A stretch of 64,000 nucleotides of DNA from Candidatus Latescibacterota bacterium (GTDB lineage Bacteria > Latescibacterota > UBA2968 > UBA8231), in NCBI GenBank assembly GCA_964291625.2, contig OZ220089.1:416001-480000 (forward strand). Reading direction: 5' to 3'. Made by a program: the position numbers and the translations under genes. The notes beneath the pieces are model-generated. The model did not search any database and was not told the origin of the DNA. It was given only the letters and a program-made list of their open reading frames with translations. Positions 47,498-59,466 of this stretch are shown here, piece after piece (within the stretch, counting starts at the first letter, position 1; every line of letters starts with the position of its first letter).

Positions 47498-48565
47498 ATG
47501 CAATTCGGCCAGTTCTATCTGCTGGAAACCCCGCCCGGCAAGGACCACGCCCAGGTCTACCACGAGGCGTTCGAACAGTTCAAACTCATGGACGAGACGG
47601 GCTGGGACGCCATCTGGCTGGCGGAACACCACTTCGACCACAAGGCGCCGGGGGCCAACTACTACTCGGTCACCTCGTCCATCCATACCATGGCCGCGTA
47701 CGCCTCGGCCATCACCGAACGCATCAAGATCGGCACCGCGGTGGTCGTGCTGCCCTTCCACAATCCCGTCATCGTCGCGGAAGACTTCGCAACCGTCGAT
47801 ATCATGTCGAAGGGGCGGCTCCTCTTCGGCGTGGGGCGCGGCTACCAGGCCGAGGAGTTCTACAACTGGGGAATCGACCTGGAGGAGAGCCGCGACCGGT
47901 TCCAGGAAGAGCTGGACATCATCCTGAAAGCCTGGACGGGCCCCGTCGAATACGACGGCAGGTTCCACAAGGTCAGGAAGGTCAACGTCATCCCGAAGCC
48001 CGTACAACAGCCCCACCCGCCGGTCTACGTCGCGGCGGTGAGTCCCTCCACCTACGAGTGGGTCATCAAGAACGGCTACAACGTCCTGACCTCGTTCCTG
48101 CACCCCTACGACGAGGTCTTCCAGCTCTACGAGTCGTACCACAAGACCGCGGAGGCCTGCGGAATGTCGGGCCAACTGGACTTCCCCCTGGCGAGGTTCC
48201 TCTACGTGGCCGAGTCCACTCAGAAAGCCCGGGAGGAATGCCACGACCAGCTCATGTGGTACTTCCGCACCCTCCTGGCCGAGGTGATCGCGCCGCCGCC
48301 GGAGATGGCGCCTCCCGGCCAGATGGAGTTCTACCAGGGACTGAAACAGAAGTTCTCAGAGATTACCTTCGACGAGATCCTCGCCGATCACGCCATCGTG
48401 GGCGATCCGGACTTCGTCGCCGACAAGATCGGCTGGATCCAGAAGCACACGGGACTGCAGAACTTCATGGGGTGGACCCGCATCGGAGACCTGAGCCCCG
48501 ACCTGGTCTGCAAGTCCCTTCGGATGTTCTCCGAGCACGTAGCGCCCGCCTTCAAGGAGGCTTGA
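47498..48565 (+). CDS. Luciferase-like (LLM) flavin-dependent monooxygenase
   Basis: WLAEHHF, AEDFATVDIMSKGRL, GRGY, PKPVQQPHPP. Confidence 0.9.
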   Translation: MQFGQFYLLETPPGKDHAQVYHEAFEQFKLMDETGWDAIWLAEHHFDHKAPGANYYSVTSSIHTMAAYASAITERIKIGTAVVVLPFHNPVIVAEDFATVDIMSKGRLLFGVGRGYQAEEFYNWGIDLEESRDRFQEELDIILKAWTGPVEYDGRFHKVRKVNVIPKPVQQPHPPVYVAAVSPSTYEWVIKNGYNVLTSFLHPYDEVFQLYESYHKTAEACGMSGQLDFPLARFLYVAESTQKAREECHDQLMWYFRTLLAEVIAPPPEMAPPGQMEFYQGLKQKFSEITFDEILADHAIVGDPDFVADKIGWIQKHTGLQNFMGWTRIGDLSPDLVCKSLRMFSEHVAPAFKEA

Positions 48566-48568
48566 CCA

Positions 48569-48994
48569 ATGTCATCCAGTGCAAACGCGCGTATCGCCCG
48601 CGAATCCCTCGAAGCCGCCTTCGCCTGCGACTGGAAGCGCCTCCGCGAAACCTACGCCGACGACGCAACCATGGTCGGCGGCGGACTCGACCTCCGCGGC
48701 GCCGATGACATGGTGGCGCTCTGGCGGGGCTGCCACGAGGAAGAGCGGGGCCTGCGGCTCGAGATTCTCAACCTCGTCGCCGACGATGAGATGGCCGTCG
48801 TGGAGTTCCGCCACAAGGGCGTCGTGAACCAGCCTCTCCCCGGACTGCCCGAAGCGTTGTATGGCAGACGCCTGGAGGCGACCGAGGTGCACCTGTTCCG
48901 GATTCAGGACGGAAAGATCACCGCCATCACCATCTATGGCGGTGTGCTTGAGTCTCCCGACGTTCCGCTCAGGCGGGTCTGGGTGACCGAGTAG
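48569..48994 (+). CDS. SnoaL/NTF2-like protein
   Basis: YADDA, VVEFRHKG, FRIQDGKI. Confidence 0.7.
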   Translation: MSSSANARIARESLEAAFACDWKRLRETYADDATMVGGGLDLRGADDMVALWRGCHEEERGLRLEILNLVADDEMAVVEFRHKGVVNQPLPGLPEALYGRRLEATEVHLFRIQDGKITAITIYGGVLESPDVPLRRVWVTE

Positions 48995-49057
48995 GGAAGT
49001 CGGCCTGCCGCAGTGTGAGCACCACGGATACACTCCAGGCCACCAATAGGGGAAACC

Positions 49058-49879
49058 ATGAGCGACCATATTGCCGCGCCCGTGCCCATGACGGAAGAGC
49101 AGAAGTTCTTCTACGACCTCCAGGGTTGGATCCTGTTGCCTTCCGTCCTGTCCGAAGCGGAAGTCGAAGTGATGAAGGCCGAGGTCTACGACGGCGCCAG
49201 GCAGAGCTACCAGGGTGCCCTGCAGGAGCTCCTGGACCATCCTGCGGTGACCGGCATCCTCACCGAAATCCTTGCCGAAGAGCCGTTCCTCGGAGACGAC
49301 TATCACAGCTTCCGCTGCGAGGGCTCCTTCGTCACCGTGCGGCACGCCGGCTGGAAGAGCGACGGGGAGGGCACCGGCCTGCCGCACGTGGTGCGGCCGC
49401 CGCAACAGGCCAATGCCATGCGCTACCAGGTCGCGGGCAAGAAGATCTTCTCCGGGCTCACCCGGGTCGTGTGGGAGCTCGAAGAGGTGAAAGCCGGTCA
49501 AGGGGGCACCACGTTTCTCTCCGGCTCCCACAAGGCCCACTTCAACTACGGCGGCCCCGACCCCAACCAGCCCAATATCCGCGAGTCTCCCTGGGAGGAA
49601 GGCATGCGCGCGGCCATGGCTCAATACAGCTGCCCGCCCGGCTCGGCCATCATCTTCACCGAAAGCCTGCTGCACGCGGCCAACGACTGGCGCAACACGG
49701 ACAATCCGCGCTGCGCCGTGTTCAACTGCTACAATTCCCTGTGGGCTCAATGGCACCGACTCAACCTCGGCCACGAGATCATCGAGGCCATGCCGCCCAG
49801 GCGCCGCTCCTTGTTCCGCGGCACGTGGCAGCTGGGCGGCGAGAATCACGCCTACTCGCTGGACAATCGTTCGATCTGA
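49058..49879 (+). CDS. Phytanoyl-CoA dioxygenase (PhyH) family protein
   Basis: FYDLQGWILL, GSHK, GSAIIFTESLLH, R. Confidence 0.8.
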   Translation: MSDHIAAPVPMTEEQKFFYDLQGWILLPSVLSEAEVEVMKAEVYDGARQSYQGALQELLDHPAVTGILTEILAEEPFLGDDYHSFRCEGSFVTVRHAGWKSDGEGTGLPHVVRPPQQANAMRYQVAGKKIFSGLTRVVWELEEVKAGQGGTTFLSGSHKAHFNYGGPDPNQPNIRESPWEEGMRAAMAQYSCPPGSAIIFTESLLHAANDWRNTDNPRCAVFNCYNSLWAQWHRLNLGHEIIEAMPPRRRSLFRGTWQLGGENHAYSLDNRSI

Positions 49880-49906
49880 CGTGCGTCGTCTCTCAGGAGG
49901 TCCAGG

Positions 49907-50371
49907 ATGGACCGGTACCGGCTCTCCCCCTTCGTCGAAACACCGCTCCGGGCGAGCCTGGCGATCCTGGCCGTCAACGCGGCCGTGATCCTGGCCTCCG
50001 GGATCATCTTCGGGGTTCTCGGAGTCGTCTCGAACCGGTGGGAGGCCGCCCCGCTCCTCGCCTTGCCGCTCTTCCTGCTCTTCGTCGTCGGCTCGTTCGG
50101 CGCGTGGTATCTCTTCGGGCGCCTGCTCCGGGGACGGTTCACGGTCCCGCAGCGTCTGACGGCCGCCGCCGTGGGAGTCCTTCCCATCGCAGCCGCCGCC
50201 TGGCTGATCGAGGCTCGCGCCGAAGGGGCCATGTGCGGAATCCTGGGCGCCTATGTGACGGGTGTGGGCGCCGGCGTGACGGCCTTTCTCACGGTCATGA
50301 TCGCCAGCGGCATCGACCCCCGCTTCGACCTGGACTCCGGCGGCCGACGGTCGCCCACGCCCTCCGCCTGA
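49907..50371 (+). CDS. Hypothetical membrane protein
   Basis: Four hydrophobic helices; AGGAG RBS. Confidence 0.55.
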   Translation: MDRYRLSPFVETPLRASLAILAVNAAVILASGIIFGVLGVVSNRWEAAPLLALPLFLLFVVGSFGAWYLFGRLLRGRFTVPQRLTAAAVGVLPIAAAAWLIEARAEGAMCGILGAYVTGVGAGVTAFLTVMIASGIDPRFDLDSGGRRSPTPSA

Positions 50372-50432
50372 TCCACCCCGCCGCGCCGGGTATCCGGGCC
50401 TCCTGGCGCCCGACCCCAATGGCACTGACCGG

Positions 50433-51347
50433 ATGAGAACCCTCCTCATCCCCATCGCCGCTGCCATGGCCCTGTCGAGCCTCTTCTCCTGCTCGGGGAA
50501 TGATGACAGGCAGCTCAACGAACCCGGCACGGACGCAACCGGCCTGTCGACGCGATCCCTACTGCATGACGGCGTGGCCAAGGAGTACATCCTGTATGTG
50601 CCGGATTCCTACGATGGCACTTCGGACGTTCCGCTGATGCTCAACTTCCACGGCTTCGGGGGGACGGCGGAGGAATACCTGAACTACGCGGACATGCGGT
50701 CCCTGGCCGAGATGGACACCTTCCTCCTCGTCTATCCTCAAGGCACCTTGCTGGATGGTGATCCGCACTGGAATGCCGGTCTGGAATCGGAGGAGAACAA
50801 GAGCGACGCCGATGACTTCGGCTTCGTGGAAGCCTTGATCGACGAACTCTCCTCCGCGTACAGCATCGATGAAACGAGAGTATATGCCTGCGGCTACTCG
50901 AACGGCGCCTTCTTCGCCTATGCCCTTGCCTGCTATCACGGCGACAGGATAGCGGCCATCGGCTCCGTTGCCGGCACCATGATGGAGGAGACATACGCCA
51001 ACTGCGGCCCGTCCCACCCGACGGCCGTGGTGAGCATCCACGGCACATCCGACAAGGTTGTCCCCTATGACGGGGGTGAGGGGCTGGTCTCGGTTGACGA
51101 GGTGCTCGCCTACTGGACGGGTTTCAACAAGACGAGCACCGCCCCGGCGAAAGACAGCAGGAACGACCGGGGAACGACGATACAGCACTACTCATATGCG
51201 GACGGAGACAGCGGTATTTCCGTGGAGCACTACAAGGTGGTCGGCGGAGATCACGTCTGGTTCGAAATCCGCTACGACGGCTCAGATACGAGTGGTCTGA
51301 TCTGGGACTTCGTGTCGAGGTATTCCATCGACGGACTGAGACGGTAG
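50433..51347 (+). CDS. PHB depolymerase/LpqC-type esterase lipoprotein
   Basis: Lipobox-like FSCS, NFHG, GYSNG nucleophile elbow, HGTSD, GDHVW. Confidence 0.8.
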   Translation: MRTLLIPIAAAMALSSLFSCSGNDDRQLNEPGTDATGLSTRSLLHDGVAKEYILYVPDSYDGTSDVPLMLNFHGFGGTAEEYLNYADMRSLAEMDTFLLVYPQGTLLDGDPHWNAGLESEENKSDADDFGFVEALIDELSSAYSIDETRVYACGYSNGAFFAYALACYHGDRIAAIGSVAGTMMEETYANCGPSHPTAVVSIHGTSDKVVPYDGGEGLVSVDEVLAYWTGFNKTSTAPAKDSRNDRGTTIQHYSYADGDSGISVEHYKVVGGDHVWFEIRYDGSDTSGLIWDFVSRYSIDGLRR

Positions 51348-51420
51348 AGCCGGGGCTTGCCCTCTACCCTGGCATTCCAGACGTTACCCCGAGAGACAAC
51401 AACAGAAAGGGAGAACACCC

Positions 51421-52158
51421 ATGTCAGGAATCGAACCCGCATCCCGATTGACCCGCCTGGACGGTGCCAGGATCGGACTTCTGGACCCGGGAAAGCGTAC
51501 TACAGGAGCCATTCTCGAGGCGGTCGGGGAGCGGCTCGCAGCAGAGCACGACGCGCACCCGGTCGGGCCCTGGAGAAAGTCATCCCCCTACCGCGTCTGC
51601 ACGAAGAAACTGCTGGAGGAAGTGGTTCCCCGGTGCGACGCGCTCGTCATGGGGGTCGTGGACTGATGCGGCGCAAGCTCGTGCAGTTTGCACGACATGC
51701 TGGAGTTCGAGCTGAGAGGCATTCCGACCGCCTACATCACGGCCGCGGGAAGGGTTCCACGGATCGAGCGTGATGGCGACGGGTTCAGCCTGTCCCACGC
51801 GACAGGGAGCTACCTGGTCGAGGGATGGGAGGACCCCGGTCCGCAGTCGGACAAGGTGCATCGGAGGCTGATGCACTTCGGAGTACACCGCAGGATGAGG
51901 ATGTGCGGTGTGGAGGAGGGGGACCGGGTCCGCTACGGCGGCAGGGACCTGCGATGGGAGTATCCTCGAGAGGAACAGGAAGCCCGGTTCAGGCCTCCCG
52001 GAGCCGGCGCCTGGTCGAGCCCCCTTGACGGCGTCGCAGGCTACAGGTGGATCGAGCTGCGCGCCTTTTCCCTGCCCGTGGAAGGCGATGAGTTCGAGGA
52101 AAGCGTGGAGGAGGCCGTCCCCCAGGTGGTGTCGATTCTGACAGGTGGAGGGACGTGA
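51421..52158 (+). CDS. UGSC-like thioredoxin-fold selenoprotein (Sec at codon 82) with inserted Obg-CTD-like segment
   Basis: ORFs 51421-51666 and 51688-52158 are in frame across a single TGA; read-through gives GVVD-U-CGASSCSLHD..E.RGIPT; SECIS-like hairpin follows. Confidence 0.8.
51667..51701 (+). promoter_or_regulatory. Putative bacterial SECIS element
   Basis: Perfect stem TCGTGCA-GTT-TGCACGA (51679-51695) beginning 12 nt after the UGA, G-first apical loop, extendable by AGC/GCT. Confidence 0.7.
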
Positions 52159-52205
52159 GTTCGCGATCCGCCGGCCGATCGCCTCGGGGCCGTCGCCAAT
52201 CCTGG

Positions 52206-55408
<3,203 letters not shown>

Positions 55409-55422
55409 CAGGGGCGAGTCTT

Positions 55423-55464
55423 CGGGGTGGGGCCCTCGGTGGGGCTCCGCCCCGTTGCTTTGTT
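55423..55464 (+). terminator. Intrinsic terminator after katG
   Basis: GC-rich stem CGGGGTGGGGCCC...GGGCTCCGCCCCG followed by TTGCTTTGTT. Confidence 0.55.
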
Positions 55465-55473
55465 GCCGACCCG

Positions 55474-55896
55474 ATGATGCCCACTGCCCGTGAAACGGTG
55501 CAGGCATACTTCGACTCCCTCGTCATGGGAGATGCGGAAGCCCTCACGGCCTTGATGCTCCCTGCCTCCCACTTCGTCAAGATCGGCACCGATGCCGGCG
55601 AGGTTGTCGAGGGAAGCGCCGGGATCGCGGCGTACTACCGGGACCACGCGGCGAGCACGGAGGACTTCCGCATCGAGTTCATCACTCTCGACGTGCAGGA
55701 ACGGGATGGCGTCGCGTGGTTCTGCACGCGTCAGGTCTGGCGGCTCAAGTGGCAAGGCGCGAAGGAGGAGTTCGTGATGCGAATGACGGGCGTCCTCGAG
55801 AGAGCCGGCGAGTCCTGGATGTTTGCCCAGATACACGCCTCGATCGGTGTTCCCGGGTCGGCATGGGTCGAGACCGCAGCACGAGAGCCCGGCTGA
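55474..55896 (+). CDS. SnoaL/NTF2-like protein
   Basis: GVAW, RMTGVLER..W...H.S pattern. Confidence 0.75.
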   Translation: MMPTARETVQAYFDSLVMGDAEALTALMLPASHFVKIGTDAGEVVEGSAGIAAYYRDHAASTEDFRIEFITLDVQERDGVAWFCTRQVWRLKWQGAKEEFVMRMTGVLERAGESWMFAQIHASIGVPGSAWVETAAREPG

Positions 55897-55906
55897 GAGG
55901 GACTCC

Positions 55907-58258
55907 ATGGAACTGATCGAGAACGACTACTGGTGGAAGAGCCTGATCCTCGACTGCCCCGAGGACGCGGGGGACCTGACGGCGCGGGTCCAGGTGCGCC
56001 AGCCCCAGGGATACGCGCAGGAGCTGACGGTGGACGAGGTCGAGGTGGGCGGCGGCAAGGCCCGCGTCCCCATCCTCTATCCGCTCGTGGACGACGGGCG
56101 CTACGACCCCAAGCCCGACTTCTGGCAGGAAGGCTGGCTCATGGGGGAGTACCGCTTCGACGTGCAGCTCATGGCCGGGGACCGCATGGTCGCCGCCGAG
56201 TCCATGGCCCTCGACCCCAGGGGCTTCTTCCCCTCCGACCGCTGGCTCATCGCCGTCGACGCCCGGCCGCAGATCATCGAGTGCGCGCCCCGGCAGGCCC
56301 TGTTCGTCGACGAGGACGAGGCCCGCTTCCTCTACCGCATCCGCCGTCACCGGGTCAGCCGCTGCGAGGTGGAGGTGGACGTCACCACCCGCGAAGGCAC
56401 CGTCCCCCTGGCCGGCCCCTGGCGCCTGGACCTGACCCACGAGCTGCAGGAGCACTCCTTCTCCATCGCCGGGTGGGGCACCGGCGAGTACTGGATCCGC
56501 CTGCGGCCGCTGGTGGAGGGCGAGCCCGTGGGCCCCTGGTGCGTGCGCAAGCTCTGGAGGCAGGTCGACGCCGGGCCGGCGCCGCCGGAGGTGCTGGAGC
56601 TGGCCGGCTATCCCGAGGTGCTGGTCGACGACTACAGCTTCGACGAGGTCGAGGGGGTGCAGTTCGTCCCCGACACCCTGGACAAGAGCCCCGGGCCCCT
56701 GGCGGCCACCACCGAGCCCCACGACGAGGAGATGCTGCGCATCGAGTCCATCGCCTGGAAGGAGGAGGCCGGGCGCTACGAGGTGGTCTACGCAAACAGC
56801 GGCGGGCGGGTCGAGCGCAAGGAGAGGCGCGAGGAGCTCGGCCGCCTGCGCATGCTGCAGGTCAGCGAGGACGGCGAGAGCTGGGAGAAGCCGGCCCTCG
56901 GCCTCGTGGAGTACGACGGCTCGACAGCGAACAACATCCTGAGCGACGAGCGCGAACCCACCCCGGCCGAAGAGGAGGCCGCCCACGCCCTGGAGCACGC
57001 CGAGTTCCGCTTCTACGACGCCGAGAGGGACGGCCCCGTGGACCTGGACCGCGTTTTCATCGCCTCGGCCAAGGAGGACTTCCCCTTCGACTGCAGGAGC
57101 CTGCAGGACCAGGACGCCGACGAGGAGAGCGAGGTCTTCCGCCCCACCAGGGGGGAGTTCTGGTCCCTCGAGCAGCGCGGCGACCTCTACCTCGTGCTCA
57201 CGCGGGAGCCGGTCCTCTATCTCGGCGTCGGCATGGACCTGATGCACACGAGCGAGACGATCCGCTGCCACGTGGAGGAGTCGGACGGCGGGCGCCTGCA
57301 CTTCTACTTCCGCCCCGCCTCGCCCGCCTACCTGCCCCACGGCGTCACCTACGACAACATGCACCTGGCCCTGCGCTGCCTGGCCGTCATGTCCACCGCC
57401 GACGGCATCACCTGGGAGCGCCGCTTCGTCCTGGGGCCCGACGGCCACGACCGCCTGGGCTCCCAGTTCTACGCCATGGGGCTCCTGCAGCGCTTCGGCA
57501 CCACGGGCGACGCCCCGGGCCGGAGCGTGCTGGGCAGGGGGAAGCACAAGATCAACCAGGCCTTCCCGCGGCGGAACCTCTACCTCGGCTCGGTGCTGCT
57601 CCACTGGGGGATCGAGCAGACCCAGGAGCCGGAGCTGATCTGGACCCGCGACCTGCTGCACTTCAAGCGCTTCACCCGCCAACGGCGCAGCCTCATCGAG
57701 TCCAACGGCCCGGGCACCTACGACTTCGGCATGATCCGCGACCACTACAAGTACAGCGAGTTCGGCGGCCAGTGGTGGTACTACTACACGGCGATCAACA
57801 CGCGCCACAACGGCTACGGGATCATGGCGCGGGAGACGGACCTGGACGACCTCCGCCGCAGGCGCCCCAACCACGCCGAGGCCCCCTACTTCACCACCTG
57901 GGAGGGCTACTGGGCCGACGGCAAGCAGACGAAGTACCAGCCGGCCTGCGCCCGCTGCCGGCCCTTCCGCCTGGCCCACGCCGAGCCCGTCGACGGGAGG
58001 GGCCGCCTCGTCACCCGCCCCATCCGCGTGGACGGCGACGAGCTGCGCCTGAACGCGGCCACCGGGGGCGGCTCCATCCAGGTGGAGGTGACCGACGAGG
58101 CGGGCGAGCCCCTGGGGCCGGAGCCGGCGGTCTTCCGCGGCGACGAGGTGGACGCCGTGGTCGCCGACCTGGGCCCCTGGCGCGGACGGGCCGTGCGCCT
58201 GCGGTTCACCCTCGACCGGGCCCGCCTCTACGCCTTCCGGATCGCCTCGCGGGAGTGA
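55907..58258 (+). CDS. Large hypothetical protein, probable beta-propeller glycoside hydrolase
   Basis: Asp-box-like SEDGESW, TADGITW and TRDLLHF; C-terminal LVTRP..LRLN..LRF.L....LYAF sandwich. Confidence 0.55.
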   Translation: MELIENDYWWKSLILDCPEDAGDLTARVQVRQPQGYAQELTVDEVEVGGGKARVPILYPLVDDGRYDPKPDFWQEGWLMGEYRFDVQLMAGDRMVAAESMALDPRGFFPSDRWLIAVDARPQIIECAPRQALFVDEDEARFLYRIRRHRVSRCEVEVDVTTREGTVPLAGPWRLDLTHELQEHSFSIAGWGTGEYWIRLRPLVEGEPVGPWCVRKLWRQVDAGPAPPEVLELAGYPEVLVDDYSFDEVEGVQFVPDTLDKSPGPLAATTEPHDEEMLRIESIAWKEEAGRYEVVYANSGGRVERKERREELGRLRMLQVSEDGESWEKPALGLVEYDGSTANNILSDEREPTPAEEEAAHALEHAEFRFYDAERDGPVDLDRVFIASAKEDFPFDCRSLQDQDADEESEVFRPTRGEFWSLEQRGDLYLVLTREPVLYLGVGMDLMHTSETIRCHVEESDGGRLHFYFRPASPAYLPHGVTYDNMHLALRCLAVMSTADGITWERRFVLGPDGHDRLGSQFYAMGLLQRFGTTGDAPGRSVLGRGKHKINQAFPRRNLYLGSVLLHWGIEQTQEPELIWTRDLLHFKRFTRQRRSLIESNGPGTYDFGMIRDHYKYSEFGGQWWYYYTAINTRHNGYGIMARETDLDDLRRRRPNHAEAPYFTTWEGYWADGKQTKYQPACARCRPFRLAHAEPVDGRGRLVTRPIRVDGDELRLNAATGGGSIQVEVTDEAGEPLGPEPAVFRGDEVDAVVADLGPWRGRAVRLRFTLDRARLYAFRIASRE

Positions 58259-59466
58259 CGACGGTGGCGTCAGCCGACGGGGCGCCGGACCGGGATGTGG
58301 TCCTCACCCTGGACCACGGCGTGCTCCTCATGCACGACCCCCGGGCCGCGGAGGCCGCCTTCATCGACGAGATCTTCGAGAAGGCCCGCCGCCGCGGCAT
58401 CGGGACGATCCTCTGGCGGACCCTGGCCGGAGCTCGTGGACCCTACCGCAGCCGCTCGGTCCCGACCATGGCCGACCAGTCCGCGTCCTGGGAGCAACTG
58501 CTGGGGGGCATGGACCCCCTCCAGGCCGCCGTCGACAGCGCCCGGCGCCACAGTCTCCGCCTCTTCGCCTGGGCGACCCTGCAGGACTTCCACATCGTCC
58601 GCGACTGGGGCGTGCGCAACACCTCCCCCTTCTTCGACGAGCGCCCCCACCTCTACTGGTCCGGCGTCGACGGCACGAGCCGCCACCCCGGCATCCCCTG
58701 CTACGCCTACGAGGAGGCCCGGCGCTACTACCTGGACCACCTCGAGGAGGTGCGGGAGTACGGCGTGGACGGCCTCTTCGTCTGCTTCCGCAGCCACGCC
58801 GGCGAGCCGGCCGAGGACGACGCCTTCGGGTACAACCCGCCCTGGCTCGAACAGCTGCGCCGGGAGACCGGGGTCGACGCCCCGCCCGGGCGCATCCGCG
58901 AGCTGCCCTGGCTGGCCTGGCGCCTGCAGAAGATCCGCGGCGACTCGTACACGCTGCTGTTGCGGGAGATCCGCGAGGCGGCCGGGTCCCTGCCCGTATG
59001 GGTGAGCACCTCGGAGGAGCCGGACATCCTCATCGCCGGCCACTCGGAGAAGGAGAACCCCGGCCGCGCCCTGCACAGGGCCCGCCTCGACCTAGGCCGC
59101 TGGTGCCGGGAGGACCTGGTGGACGCGGTGGTGGTCGTCACCAGCCGCCTCAACCCGTGCGACCCGTCTGTGGCCGAGGTCTGGCGCGACACGACGGCGC
59201 GCTCCGGCAAGAAGCTCTACACCTGGCTGAACATGATCTGCCACTTCCACGACGGGGAGGGCCGGCTCGCCAAGCGGACCCCGACGCCGGCGGAGCTGCG
59301 CGGCATCGTCCGGAGTGCGGGGGACTGCCGCATCGACGGGCTGGTGCTGCACGAGACGGCGGACCTGGAGACCTCCTACCGGAGGGTGGTCGTCGACGGC
59401 GAGAGACAGGTGGTCAACGAACCCCATGCGGACCCCGAGGCCCAGTGGGACGCCCTCGCACCTTGA
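58255..59466 (+). CDS. GHL10-like (glycosyl hydrolase-like TIM barrel) protein
   Basis: DPLQAAVDSARRHSLRLFAW, YGVDGLF, FGYN; GTGA overlap. Confidence 0.6.
   Translation: MTTVASADGAPDRDVVLTLDHGVLLMHDPRAAEAAFIDEIFEKARRRGIGTILWRTLAGARGPYRSRSVPTMADQSASWEQLLGGMDPLQAAVDSARRHSLRLFAWATLQDFHIVRDWGVRNTSPFFDERPHLYWSGVDGTSRHPGIPCYAYEEARRYYLDHLEEVREYGVDGLFVCFRSHAGEPAEDDAFGYNPPWLEQLRRETGVDAPPGRIRELPWLAWRLQKIRGDSYTLLLREIREAAGSLPVWVSTSEEPDILIAGHSEKENPGRALHRARLDLGRWCREDLVDAVVVVTSRLNPCDPSVAEVWRDTTARSGKKLYTWLNMICHFHDGEGRLAKRTPTPAELRGIVRSAGDCRIDGLVLHETADLETSYRRVVVDGERQVVNEPHADPEAQWDALAP

Noticed and set aside
51664-51666. TGA as a nonsense mutation (pseudogene)
   Set aside because: It falls exactly at the redox-motif position and is followed by a SECIS-like hairpin, so Sec is the more parsimonious reading
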